64,000 nt of DNA from a virus (Duplodnaviria; Caudoviricetes): the IMG/VR virus record IMGVR_UViG_3300031994_002623, positions 1 to 64,000 of that record. The stretch is one strand, 5' to 3'. Below the pieces are notes generated by a model that saw only the letters and a program-made list of their open reading frames with translations, was not told where the DNA came from and did not search any database. This document shows, one piece after another, positions 9,845 through 19,161 of this stretch. Each line of letters begins with the position of its first letter. The first letter of the stretch is position 1. The translations under genes and the position numbers were made by a program.

Positions 9845-10039
9845 ATGATAGCAACTCTATTGTTACAAATAAAGGTTTTCCTGTTCATCATGTCATTATT
9901 TGTTCTACTTGGTAGTATGTTCCACATCGTGAGTGTATTCAGACTTAAAAGTGGAAAGTTAATATCTTCAGACAAGGGACTGGTTATGTTCGGGATAGCC
10001 ATAGCATACATACTAACAATGTTAATTACAGGATTCTAA
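9845..10039 (+). CDS. Small two-TM membrane protein
   Basis: Two hydrophobic stretches. Confidence 0.7.
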   Translation: MIATLLLQIKVFLFIMSLFVLLGSMFHIVSVFRLKSGKLISSDKGLVMFGIAIAYILTMLITGF

Positions 10040-10537
10040 ATGAAAACGTTACAGGATAGAATGAATGATATGAAGCCCTACTTTAGGGCTATAGAGGTGT
10101 ATAATAATGCTTTGATGGTTAGGGTGATATTTCCTTCTAACTGGAAGGTATATGCTAGCCCAGACGAGGTGATTAAGGTCACACCGTCTGAAACAAATGC
10201 CAATGAAGTAATATATTATGCAGATTCCAATGATGCAACCTATGAGGATATATTCGACTTAGTTGAGGAAACAATTAAGGCTAACCAGGACATCGTGCTT
10301 AAGTTGAAGCTTCTTAGGGAGAAGGTTGAGGAGCTGAAGGAAATGTTCTCAAGGCTTCCATTTGAAGAGCTTAAGACGCTTAAATTTGTCACTGAGAAGG
10401 CGAAAGAAGTAAAGCCTAAGAGAAAGTATACTAAGAAGAAGAAAGAGGAAGAGAAGGCAGCAGAAGAACCTATGGAAGTTATTCCTGTTGAAGAACTTTA
10501 TCCAGAGAAAATAAAAGTAGAAGAAAGTAGAGACTAA
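10040..10537 (+). CDS. Hypothetical protein
   Basis: ORF track; abuts neighbours. Confidence 0.8.
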   Translation: MKTLQDRMNDMKPYFRAIEVYNNALMVRVIFPSNWKVYASPDEVIKVTPSETNANEVIYYADSNDATYEDIFDLVEETIKANQDIVLKLKLLREKVEELKEMFSRLPFEELKTLKFVTEKAKEVKPKRKYTKKKKEEEKAAEEPMEVIPVEELYPEKIKVEESRD

Positions 10538-10899
10538 TGGAGTGGATTACAGTATTTATATTTTCCATCGTTTCGTATGCAATATCTAATCATTTCGTCT
10601 ATGCACACGGACCGATGCACCTTTACGATAAGATTCGTGAACTTGCATGCAAGATTCACCCTAACCTTGGGGAATTATTTGAGTGTATGATATGTTTTCC
10701 AACATGGGTTGGATTCGTGCTCAGTGCTGGTAACTCATTGATTTTTCCTATTCTTGAGCTTACGCCATTTATGATACTCATGAATACGGTAGCACCTTGG
10801 TGGGTAATAATGATTCTGGACGGTTTCTTCGCATCTGGTGTTGTATGGTTAATACATACCTTCCAGGAAGCTATGGAAAGGAGCGGAAATCATGAGTGA
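10537..10899 (+). CDS. DUF1360-like membrane protein
   Basis: LGELFECMICFPTWVG motif; three hydrophobic segments. Confidence 0.6.
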   Translation: MEWITVFIFSIVSYAISNHFVYAHGPMHLYDKIRELACKIHPNLGELFECMICFPTWVGFVLSAGNSLIFPILELTPFMILMNTVAPWWVIMILDGFFASGVVWLIHTFQEAMERSGNHE

Positions 10900-11080
10900 G
10901 ATAGATAGAGAACTTATGACTCTTGAGAGTGAGAGGAAGATGTCTGCACTTGCCTTAAAGGGTCAGCAGAATAAGATTGCCGAACAACTGAGAGGGGAAA
11001 TGGGAAAAGACATCAACAGGACAGTTAAGAAGAAGCTGTCAATATGGGATAAGATAGATAATTTTCTAAGAATGCTTTAA
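10892..11080 (+). CDS. Hypothetical protein
   Basis: ORF track; operonic packing. Confidence 0.7.
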   Translation: MSEIDRELMTLESERKMSALALKGQQNKIAEQLRGEMGKDINRTVKKKLSIWDKIDNFLRML

Positions 11081-11082
11081 TT

Positions 11083-11346
11083 ATGGCAGACGTTACAGAT
11101 TTTAAATTCGGATATGTGGGAATAATAGACCTGGGAAGCGTTGTATCAGAGAAACTTGCTGAGTATGGCGTAGGTGATGAAACAACTATTACCATCAATC
11201 TTAATGAAGAGGAATTTAAGAAGGTTGATGAGGATTTGTTCTACAGAAACAGGAAGAGTGAGGAAGACGAGTTTATCCCTTCTGAGGGAGAAATAGACAT
11301 CAAGTATGATAGTGTTAGAATTATAATAAAAAAGAAAACTGAGTAA
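11083..11346 (+). CDS. Hypothetical protein
   Basis: ORF track; operonic packing. Confidence 0.75.
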   Translation: MADVTDFKFGYVGIIDLGSVVSEKLAEYGVGDETTITINLNEEEFKKVDEDLFYRNRKSEEDEFIPSEGEIDIKYDSVRIIIKKKTE

Positions 11347-11377
11347 TATGAATCTGATAAAAACAAATTCAACGTGA

Positions 11378-11384
11378 TATTTAT
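11378..11384 (+). promoter_or_regulatory. Putative phage late promoter TATTTAT
   Basis: gaTATTTATtaga upstream of ATG 11417. Confidence 0.65.
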
Positions 11385-11416
11385 TAGAAAATAAGATAAT
11401 AAATACGTATAATAAT

Positions 11417-11764
11417 ATGAATAAGAAACTTATAAGATTAACGGAGAGTGACCTTCACAAGATTGTGAAAGAGTCTGTGAATAGGATAATTAAAGAGAAT
11501 AATCAAAGAGCAAGAAAAATGATTAGAGAGTTCGATGACTATGATAACTATGATGAATTCGAAGAGGAAGAGGAAGAATTTATTGATAGAAAAGGGAATC
11601 CTATTCAAAAGGGTAGTAAAGTTATATGGTATGACCCTGAAAGGTCAGCAAGAGATTTAAAACGTGTTTGGACTGTATATGATATGGGAGGAGATATTGT
11701 ATACATTGCTGATGACTATGGCGAGGCAGAGGTTTTTCCAGAAGAATTGAAAGTTGTTGGTTAA
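11417..11764 (+). CDS. Protein with LTESDLH leader and small SH3-like beta domain
   Basis: MNKKLIRLTESDLHKIVKESVNRIIKE; G.PIQKGSKV.W...EEL. Confidence 0.8.
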   Translation: MNKKLIRLTESDLHKIVKESVNRIIKENNQRARKMIREFDDYDNYDEFEEEEEEFIDRKGNPIQKGSKVIWYDPERSARDLKRVWTVYDMGGDIVYIADDYGEAEVFPEELKVVG

Positions 11765-11820
11765 GCAGCCATCAGTCCAACTCTAATTTGAGTTTAAAAC
11801 ACCATTTACTAAATAACGTT

Positions 11821-11869
11821 AAAAAATGAGGTAATCGCTTGGTTATCTCATTTTTTTTATGTAACTTTG
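11821..11869 (+). promoter_or_regulatory. Terminator hairpin overlapping Bacteroidota sigmaA promoter
   Basis: Hairpin with CTTG (-33) in loop region, 20 nt spacer, TAACTTTG (-7) at 11862. Confidence 0.75.
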
Positions 11870-11894
11870 CACCAGAAATTAAAAAATTGGAAAT

Positions 11895-12299
11895 ATGATT
11901 ACGTACATTGTTATTGGAATTTTCGTGCTGCTACTGGCAGTGGTGATTTACGCCTTGAACAACCAGGAGAAGGTAATTGAGAAAGCTCAGAAGAGCAAGA
12001 ATATGTTTAACTTCTATCACATCCTTGCCCTCATGACTGCCCCTGGATATAAGGGTTACAACAGCACTGATGAGGAGAAGAAAGCTATGGAGGAGTTCCT
12101 AAAGGGTGACAGTGAATATGATGCTCATCCGATAGGTTCTTATTTCAAGATGCGCAAGGATAACAAGGAGATTTGCAACCTTGCTGGAAACTTCGATGGG
12201 GGTAATGTCTCCTTCAACGTCTCTGAGGTGATGATTGGAGTTCTTGTTATGGTTGTGTTCGCTATCGTCGTAACGCTTGGCGTAATGGCACATAACTAA
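11895..12299 (+). CDS. Membrane protein with N- and C-terminal TM helices
   Basis: Hydrophobic termini; own promoter. Confidence 0.75.
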   Translation: MITYIVIGIFVLLLAVVIYALNNQEKVIEKAQKSKNMFNFYHILALMTAPGYKGYNSTDEEKKAMEEFLKGDSEYDAHPIGSYFKMRKDNKEICNLAGNFDGGNVSFNVSEVMIGVLVMVVFAIVVTLGVMAHN

Positions 12300-12301
12300 A
12301 C

Positions 12302-12335
12302 AAAATAGAGTGAGGAGCGCTCCTCACTCTATTTT
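12302..12335. terminator. Perfect 34-bp palindrome, bidirectional terminator between convergent genes
   Basis: aaaatagagtgaggagc|gctcctcactctatttt. Confidence 0.8.
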
Positions 12336-13030
12336 TATGGTCTAGTGGAGCATCTATTAATTTTAAATCTACTCCAGTGTGTAAGTTCCTGTATCCTGTT
12401 AATCCACAGGGATTTATACTTACTATTGGCAATATCACCCATGAATGTGATATACTTATATTTCTTTTCTGTTGATTTCTCCTCTATCATATTGTACATT
12501 CTGATAGAGTCCTTCTTATTTTTACAGATAACCATTTCCAGTTTTCCATTGCAGTCAATAAGTAGTTTATTGTTGTAAACCTGCACGGATTTGAACATAT
12601 ACTTGTTCTTGGCATCCTTTGTTATGAAGGTATCAAATATCCAGGTGAAGTTTTTCCTCTGGAGTCTTGGATGATACCCATATACCCAGAATGTTTCCTC
12701 TATGTAGTAAGGTGCTTTGTTATAAATTATCCAGTCTTCATCTGAGGACTCATAGTTTATGAACTTCCCGTATTCATCCCTAAGTTTGGATACAGGATTG
12801 TCAAAGTGCTCCTTACCTTTTATTATCACAAGCTCATACTCAGCCCCTATCATGACATGTTGCTCATTATTCCACTCTATTGGAAATACTACTTTTTTAT
12901 TTTCCTTGAGCATCTTGGCAAACTCCTTGTTTACTTTAATCTCAGAGTTTGTATGGAATAGGTCACGTAGTTGCTTGCCATGATTGACAAGTATTATATG
13001 ATATAGGTCTCTCTTTGGTTTACGTGCCAT
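12335..13030 (-). CDS. Hypothetical protein (start MARKPKR)
   Basis: ATG at 13030 overlaps upstream TAA. Confidence 0.75.
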   Translation of the reverse strand: MARKPKRDLYHIILVNHGKQLRDLFHTNSEIKVNKEFAKMLKENKKVVFPIEWNNEQHVMIGAEYELVIIKGKEHFDNPVSKLRDEYGKFINYESSDEDWIIYNKAPYYIEETFWVYGYHPRLQRKNFTWIFDTFITKDAKNKYMFKSVQVYNNKLLIDCNGKLEMVICKNKKDSIRMYNMIEEKSTEKKYKYITFMGDIANSKYKSLWINRIQELTHWSRFKINRCSTRP

Positions 13031-13371
13031 TAGTACCAGATGTGGATTTCCTTTCCACCCTCCTTGTTTTCGGAAACTGATATTTCGGTACAATATCCGT
13101 TTCTTGCCCCATAAGCCATACCATCATCCTCAAGGACTAGTATCTTTGTCTCATTATCGAGGCTTTTATTTCTCTTCATGAACTCACGAAGGTCTTTCAT
13201 TGTATGGTGACGGAGAGTCCATCCTTGGAAGTCGATTTCTTCCTCCTGTTTTCTCTCGTACAGTTCCAATGTCTTTATCGCCTCTTCCAGGGCAGTTTTT
13301 TCATCTTCGGATAAATCCTTGATTCTATCTTCCAAAATATTTAGTGTTTTTATTACTTTGTCGTGTTCCAT
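13030..13371 (-). CDS. Hypothetical protein
   Basis: ORF track; operonic packing. Confidence 0.75.
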   Translation of the reverse strand: MEHDKVIKTLNILEDRIKDLSEDEKTALEEAIKTLELYERKQEEEIDFQGWTLRHHTMKDLREFMKRNKSLDNETKILVLEDDGMAYGARNGYCTEISVSENKEGGKEIHIWY

Positions 13372-13373
13372 AA

Positions 13374-14336
13374 CTATTTTGTTTCTAATGAAATTACTGA
13401 TATAAGCGGTTTATGGTCTGATAATCTCCCAATATCTTCATTTGTGTTATCTCCGTAATAGCATTCTTTTAATACTATATTATATTTTGAATTCTCATTG
13501 TTTATGTAAAAAAGTCTGTCAGCATCACTGAAATTTGTTGGTACTGCTTCTTTAATTGATAAATTTGGAATCGCATTGATTGGATTTAGAAGATACTCAT
13601 TTATGGTATTTACATCCCAGCCGTATTTGTTATAACAGTTGGTGTCACCCATAATAATAGTTGGGTTATTATTACCAGCATTATATCTATTTTCTATGAA
13701 CTCTTTTAATTGGTCTAATTCAGAGTTCCTAGCTTCAATATCTCCATCCACATTAGGACATGTTTCTTGATTGTAGAAATCAGCGTCCATATGAACTATG
13801 TATAGGTCTAGGTTTATTTCACCATCTATGAGAATTGAATAAAATCTATAGCCCTTATGCGTTAAAAGGTCATTAGCGTGACTGAAGTAACCATATGATT
13901 TATTCCATTTTATTATTTTCTCTTCTAATATTTTTATATTTTTACTATTGGCTATTAACTCAATACCATCAACCTTAAATCTTGGTAAAGGAAAATGTGT
14001 ACAGAATTCAACCCTTGAGAATAGTTTTGACAATTCAATATCTCCAGTATAAGTTCCAGTTGCATAACTATTATTTAACGATTCCATAAGTTCTGTATGA
14101 TAATTAAAATCTTCCTGTACGCCTATTATGTCAGCATTGTTATCAGATAGCCATTTACTTATGTATTTTGTGCATACACTGATATTATGGTTATCATTGA
14201 TGTTTATTAATGTAGTGCCTTTAAATAGTTTATATACCCATGCTATAGGTTTTAATATCCAAGGTAAAGTATCTAAATCAAGATATTCTGGTAATCCATC
14301 AATGTTGTACGTTATCAATTTAATATTATGTTCCAT
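13374..14336 (-). CDS. Endonuclease/exonuclease/phosphatase (EEP) hydrolase, sphingomyelinase-like
   Basis: TYNIDGLP, GVQEDFNYH, VHMDA, MGDTN, DRLFY, LSDHKPL. Confidence 0.85.
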   Translation of the reverse strand: MEHNIKLITYNIDGLPEYLDLDTLPWILKPIAWVYKLFKGTTLININDNHNISVCTKYISKWLSDNNADIIGVQEDFNYHTELMESLNNSYATGTYTGDIELSKLFSRVEFCTHFPLPRFKVDGIELIANSKNIKILEEKIIKWNKSYGYFSHANDLLTHKGYRFYSILIDGEINLDLYIVHMDADFYNQETCPNVDGDIEARNSELDQLKEFIENRYNAGNNNPTIIMGDTNCYNKYGWDVNTINEYLLNPINAIPNLSIKEAVPTNFSDADRLFYINNENSKYNIVLKECYYGDNTNEDIGRLSDHKPLISVISLETK

Positions 14337-14348
14337 ATTTTTTTCCTT

Positions 14349-14355
14349 ATAAATA
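14349..14355 (-). promoter_or_regulatory. Putative phage late promoter TATTTAT (minus strand)
   Basis: ATAAATA on + strand, just upstream of the minus-strand EEP gene. Confidence 0.6.
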
Positions 14356-14385
14356 ATAAGATTTTTAACAATTTTTTAAAGAATT

Positions 14386-14418
14386 ATTTGTTTTTTAGGA
14401 AAAAAATATATATCTTTG
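14386..14418 (+). promoter_or_regulatory. Bacteroidota sigmaA promoter
   Basis: TTTG at about 14387 and TATCTTTG at 14411. Confidence 0.8.
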
Positions 14419-14433
14419 CACAAGAAACGGTAT

Positions 14434-15501
14434 ATGATAGATACATTCAAACATGCTTATTTTGGAAAATCCTTCATGATGATAGGTGATAGCCTACCAC
14501 GTTGTTTTAACTGTACGTATTGTAGGGCTAACGATAGCGAGGAGAAACATTTCCACATACTGCCAGTAGAATTAAACCCTTTATTCGTAAGGATACCAGT
14601 GGCAGTTAACTTATTCTACGGAGACCCAATGCTACAGGTTGACAATACTCTTAGCATACTTGAAAGTCTTGAGAAGTCTGGACATAAAGCACCAGTCATA
14701 ATAATAACTAAAGGTGACTTGACTAAGTTTCCAAAGGATAGGAAGTTTAATCTAGACCTTCATTTTGGAATATCAACGTTCGGGATAGATTCAAGGTTTG
14801 ATGGTGGCTCTATAGATAGGTTCAAAAAGAATCTGGATTATGCAAAGGAACTTGGGTATAAGTATTCTATAGAGTTCAGACCAATCATAAGGGATATAAA
14901 TTCTTCTGAGGAAACTATAAAAAATATTATTTCCATAGCAAAAGAGCACAATACTGGAATAGGGTATTGCGGATTACAGGTATCTCCTACCCTTAAGGAA
15001 CAATTGGCTGAGGATGGTATAGAGTTCAAACCGTTCGAAGGACATGAGTTCGGTATGAAGAAACATGTAGGTAAGGAAGTGACGAAGGTATTTGACGAGT
15101 ATGAATTCTCATTCAAGAAGACATCCTGTTTGATTGCGTGGAAACACGGACTTGATAGAGACCCTAATGCACATTATTATAGGCCTAACGAGGTTGGGTG
15201 CTTCAATTGTCCCATGAAGGATAAGTGCATGAAGTTTAAGGATGAACTAACTGGAGAGATTGATATTAAGATACCGTTTGATTATAAGATTGTTGAGAAG
15301 GAGAACTACGTATGTGGACTTGTTAGAGCTGGAATATGTAAGTTTCCAAGTGATGACTGCAAGCATATAAGCGGTAAACTCATGAAGATAGAAGAACCTA
15401 TGACAACAACTGACGTAAGAATAATTAAATGGCTCACTGGATATACAGTTGAAGCTGAATTTGTTGAGTCACCTTATATGAGCGATAGATGGATAGTTTA
15501 A
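14434..15501 (+). CDS. Radical-SAM-like Fe-S protein
   Basis: N-terminal CFNCTYC, GDPM, IITKG, FRPII; extra C-terminal Cys clusters. Confidence 0.65.
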   Translation: MIDTFKHAYFGKSFMMIGDSLPRCFNCTYCRANDSEEKHFHILPVELNPLFVRIPVAVNLFYGDPMLQVDNTLSILESLEKSGHKAPVIIITKGDLTKFPKDRKFNLDLHFGISTFGIDSRFDGGSIDRFKKNLDYAKELGYKYSIEFRPIIRDINSSEETIKNIISIAKEHNTGIGYCGLQVSPTLKEQLAEDGIEFKPFEGHEFGMKKHVGKEVTKVFDEYEFSFKKTSCLIAWKHGLDRDPNAHYYRPNEVGCFNCPMKDKCMKFKDELTGEIDIKIPFDYKIVEKENYVCGLVRAGICKFPSDDCKHISGKLMKIEEPMTTTDVRIIKWLTGYTVEAEFVESPYMSDRWIV

Positions 15502-15680
15502 AAGTTGGCGATACAGTTGAGTATAAGGGTAGAAAATGGTATTTGTACAGCCTTTATAGTCCTAACCTGTGTATGATAGTTGCACTTAGGGACGGAAAGT
15601 ATACACACACCAAGAACGGTGAAGAGTACATTAATGCTAATATTGTAAATTTATCAGTTGAGGAAATAACTAAAATATAA
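15489..15680 (+). CDS. Hypothetical protein
   Basis: ORF track. Confidence 0.65.
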   Translation: MDSLKVGDTVEYKGRKWYLYSLYSPNLCMIVALRDGKYTHTKNGEEYINANIVNLSVEEITKI

Positions 15681-15701
15681 CAAGTAAATATAGATAGATT
15701 T

Positions 15702-16178
15702 ATGGCAAAGATTTTTGAAACATCAGCAGACATTGCTGAATTGGCGCAGGATAAGTTCGAGGAGACTGGTCTTGCACAGATGGGAATAAATTTAAAGGTA
15801 TTATCAACTACCAAGTCGAAGAATGTTCTTAAAGTATCTAAGGCTGGTGCAATTCTTCAAGGTTTGACTGGAAAAGATGTCATTCTTGTGGTTTATGAAG
15901 AGGCATTTGATAGAATGTCAGATGAGTTCAAAAACAAGTTGATGGAGGGTGTTATAAGCAATATCAGCTACGATACTGAGAAGGATAAACTGAATGTTGA
16001 AGGCGACATCGCAAAGGAGATTTTCAGAATGCGCAGAAAGTATGATAACTACGTTGACATCGTTGAGACTTCATATCTTGTTGTTGAGCAGATTGAGGAC
16101 GAGGAGAAGCGTCGCAAGGAGGAAGAGAAATTAAAGAAGGCTGAGGAAAAAGCAGCCAAGAGAAGAAATCAAGGATAA
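15702..16178 (+). CDS. Hypothetical protein
   Basis: ORF track; charged C-terminal helix. Confidence 0.8.
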   Translation: MAKIFETSADIAELAQDKFEETGLAQMGINLKVLSTTKSKNVLKVSKAGAILQGLTGKDVILVVYEEAFDRMSDEFKNKLMEGVISNISYDTEKDKLNVEGDIAKEIFRMRRKYDNYVDIVETSYLVVEQIEDEEKRRKEEEKLKKAEEKAAKRRNQG

Positions 16179-16408
16179 TGGGAAAGAGAATATCTCAAGC
16201 TAGGATAATGAGGAAAAAGGCTGAGAAGCTGAAACTGAAAGCCAAGAAGGAAATTCTTAGGGACTACCCGAAACTTATGGCAGACCCAGAACAGAAGAAA
16301 AAGGTTTTCGAACTCATTGATAATGCCAGTGTTGCAGTTGATAGTACTGGAAACATAAGGATTATATATCAGAATATGGAAAATAAAAACCTAATTAATT
16401 TAAGCTAA
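16178..16408 (+). CDS. Hypothetical protein
   Basis: ORF track; stop-start overlap. Confidence 0.7.
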   Translation: MGKRISQARIMRKKAEKLKLKAKKEILRDYPKLMADPEQKKKVFELIDNASVAVDSTGNIRIIYQNMENKNLINLS

Positions 16409-17113
16409 ATGAGTAACGTTAATGTAAATTGGATTAACCTTGTATTCGTTATTGACAAGTCTGGCAGCATGTTCTCTTCAAAGGAAGATGTTGTTGGTGG
16501 TTTCAAGAAGACAATAGAGGAGCAGAAAGCTAACAAGGATGGAAAAGTAACAGTCTCACTTTACACATTCAATGAGAGAGTAAACCAGGTGTATCTTGGA
16601 AAGGACATCAATGAGATTGAGGAGTTCCATTATTCACCAGATGGTATGACAGCTATGAACGATGGTATTGGAAAGGCTATCGATGAGGTTGGAGCATGGC
16701 TCTACGAGAAGGACAAAAGAAATGATGAAATGCCTGGTAAGACGCTTGTAGTTGTTATGACTGACGGTATGGAAAACGCATCACGTGAGTACACACTGAA
16801 GCAGGTACAGGACAGAATCAAGGAGCAGACAGAGAAGTATTCATGGGAGTTCATCTACATGGGAACTGATATAACCACTACAAAGGCTGCTGATGACCTT
16901 GGATTCAAGTTCAAGACATTCAACACTCGTGGAAAACTAAGCAAGAACTATGACATCATCAATTGTGCAACAAGCGCATACAGAAGCATGGCAGCAACTG
17001 GTGCATCACTTGCTGATACATCATTGTGCTTTGCAAGCGTTCTTGATGAGGAAGCAACTAAGAACACTAAGGATTACGAGAATACCCTTGGAAAGAAACT
17101 TAGCAGTACCTAA
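16409..17113 (+). CDS. von Willebrand factor A domain protein
   Basis: MIDAS motif DKSGSM, G.TAMNDGI, VMTDG. Confidence 0.88.
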   Translation: MSNVNVNWINLVFVIDKSGSMFSSKEDVVGGFKKTIEEQKANKDGKVTVSLYTFNERVNQVYLGKDINEIEEFHYSPDGMTAMNDGIGKAIDEVGAWLYEKDKRNDEMPGKTLVVVMTDGMENASREYTLKQVQDRIKEQTEKYSWEFIYMGTDITTTKAADDLGFKFKTFNTRGKLSKNYDIINCATSAYRSMAATGASLADTSLCFASVLDEEATKNTKDYENTLGKKLSST

Positions 17114-17122
17114 GAAAATAAT

Positions 17123-17151
17123 AAAGGGGGCTTGGGTGAAAGCTCCCTTTT
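17123..17151 (+). terminator. Intrinsic terminator
   Basis: aaagggggctt...aagctcccttt. Confidence 0.7.
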
Positions 17152-17165
17152 AACATTTATTCATT

Positions 17166-17534
17166 ATGGGAGATTTGTTGAAAGAAGCCTTTGACAAGGT
17201 GTCAAGGGAAGATAAGGAAAAGGAACTTGACCAGATAGTAAAAGAGGTTATACCAATCATACATGAAATGAAAACAGAGAAAAGCGAGATTGGTGTACTG
17301 ACTGGTAAAGATTTTACAGAGGTGGACAAGTATGGAACTAAGGTTCTTTGCCTTACTGGAGGATTGAATGGTTGCGGAGAGTGGGAAGACTATTTCTCAG
17401 ACCTATCGAAAGTAGTTACGAGGCTGAAGAAAGAAGGTTATCACACTTGGACAATAAACCTCGAAAACGATTGTCTTGATGATGTGTTTTATTTGAAGCT
17501 TGGAATTAGTAGAAAGAAAAACGACGATGAGTGA
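17166..17534 (+). CDS. Hypothetical protein
   Basis: ORF track. Confidence 0.75.
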   Translation: MGDLLKEAFDKVSREDKEKELDQIVKEVIPIIHEMKTEKSEIGVLTGKDFTEVDKYGTKVLCLTGGLNGCGEWEDYFSDLSKVVTRLKKEGYHTWTINLENDCLDDVFYLKLGISRKKNDDE

Positions 17535-18420
17535 TATACAACTACTTAAACAGATAGAAGAATATGATAAACCCTGGTGTTACCAATACCAGAAAAGACT
17601 AGATACCCTACAGGAAGACATGGAAAGGTATGGGTGGACTGAGGAGTATGTGGCTGATATAAGCCTCGATGACTTCGAGTTTTCATATATAGAGTCACAG
17701 GATGAAAAACAAGAAGCTACAGAGTTCATAAAAAGATATGAGTGGCTTGGTACTGTAGGCTCATTTCCTACCCATTGGTTTTCAGCTAGATATAAGGGTA
17801 TACTTGGAGGTGTGATAATCATGGGTATGCCAAATGCTTTCTCTAAACTCATGGGAGAGGATACGAGAGAGATTGAAAGGCTCATAGCCAGGGGTGCTTC
17901 TGCATCATGGTGTCCCATGAACCTTGGCAGTAAATTCCTTATGTGGTGCATCAAGTGGATGGTTGACAACACTCAATATAGGCTCTTTACATGCTATTCA
18001 GACCCACAGGCTAAGGAGGTTGGAAGTATTTACCAGGGGCTTAACTTTTTCTATCTGGGAAAGGGTAGTGGGACTAACGTAAGGTGTGTTAACCCATACA
18101 ACCCAGAGAAGATTGTCACTGACAGGGCTTTTAGGGCTAGAAGTTTCTATAAGAGATATGCCAAAGACCTTGGCATAGAGTGGCAGAAGAACTGGAATAC
18201 AGACCAGGTAATGTTATGGGAGAATGTACCAGATGATATTGAACAGAAACTGAGAGATTACTCAAAGGAAATGTTCAAGAATGCCAAGAAGATAACATTT
18301 CCATCAAAGCATAAGTATGCGTTTGTTCTTGGTAAAAACAAAAAAGAGACAAAACAGCTTAGGAAAAAATTCTTAGAACTTAACAAGGTTTATGATTATC
18401 CAAAGGAAAGGGGAAAATAA
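17527..18420 (+). CDS. Mom-like (GNAT-fold) DNA adenine modification protein
   Basis: FIKRYEWLG, SKFLMWCIKW, CYSDP...GSIYQGLNFFYLG. Confidence 0.65.
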   Translation: MSDIQLLKQIEEYDKPWCYQYQKRLDTLQEDMERYGWTEEYVADISLDDFEFSYIESQDEKQEATEFIKRYEWLGTVGSFPTHWFSARYKGILGGVIIMGMPNAFSKLMGEDTREIERLIARGASASWCPMNLGSKFLMWCIKWMVDNTQYRLFTCYSDPQAKEVGSIYQGLNFFYLGKGSGTNVRCVNPYNPEKIVTDRAFRARSFYKRYAKDLGIEWQKNWNTDQVMLWENVPDDIEQKLRDYSKEMFKNAKKITFPSKHKYAFVLGKNKKETKQLRKKFLELNKVYDYPKERGK

Positions 18421-18632
18421 TGAATTTAAATGTTGAATTTGTTGGTGTTGATTTTAGCACCATGTCAGAAAATCAGAAAAAACGTTTCTATGATGACTTC
18501 TTCGAGGGTGTAGGTGATTTCGTTGGAAGACCGATGCTAGCAGGTACGGAGGATGCTATAAGGGCTGCTTTGAGGAATTTCTCAGAGAAGTATAATTTAA
18601 CAGATGGAAATATACAGTTTGTATGGCAATAG
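18420..18632 (+). CDS. Hypothetical protein
   Basis: ORF track. Confidence 0.65.
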   Translation: MNLNVEFVGVDFSTMSENQKKRFYDDFFEGVGDFVGRPMLAGTEDAIRAALRNFSEKYNLTDGNIQFVWQ

Positions 18633-19153
18633 TAATTAATTTGTTTGCAGGACCTGGTGTTGGTAAGAGCACCACTGCTGCCCGTGTGTTCGCAGAGCTT
18701 AAGCTTCACGGTGTAAATTGCGAAATGGCACTTGAGTTTGCCAAGGATAAGGTTTGGGAGGAATCCTTTAGGACTATGGATGACCAGATTTACATCTTCG
18801 GAAAACAGTTCCACAGGATTTGGAGACTTAAGGATAAGGTAGATGTCATCATCTGTGACTCTCCACTTCCAATATCTATAGTGTATGACAAGGAGAACTC
18901 ACAGGCTTTTCACCAGCTTATAATGGAGCAGTTCGACAAGTTCGATAACTATAACTTCCTGCTTGAGAGAGGCTCTGACTACCAGGAGGCTGGAAGAGTA
19001 CAGACAGAGGAAGAGGCAAAGGAGGTTGACAAGACAGTTAAGAGGGTTCTTGATGAGCATAGGATAGACTATACTACACTTCCTATCGACGGGGCTGCAA
19101 AACATATAAGCGGTCTCATACTTAACGCATTAGAGGAAATGGGTAAAATTTAA
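18623..19153 (+). CDS. NadR/Ttd14-like P-loop kinase (AAA_28 type)
   Basis: GPGVGKST, EFAK, ICDSP, GRVQ. Confidence 0.8.
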   Translation: MAIVINLFAGPGVGKSTTAARVFAELKLHGVNCEMALEFAKDKVWEESFRTMDDQIYIFGKQFHRIWRLKDKVDVIICDSPLPISIVYDKENSQAFHQLIMEQFDKFDNYNFLLERGSDYQEAGRVQTEEEAKEVDKTVKRVLDEHRIDYTTLPIDGAAKHISGLILNALEEMGKI

Positions 19154-19161
19154 TAGAAGAT

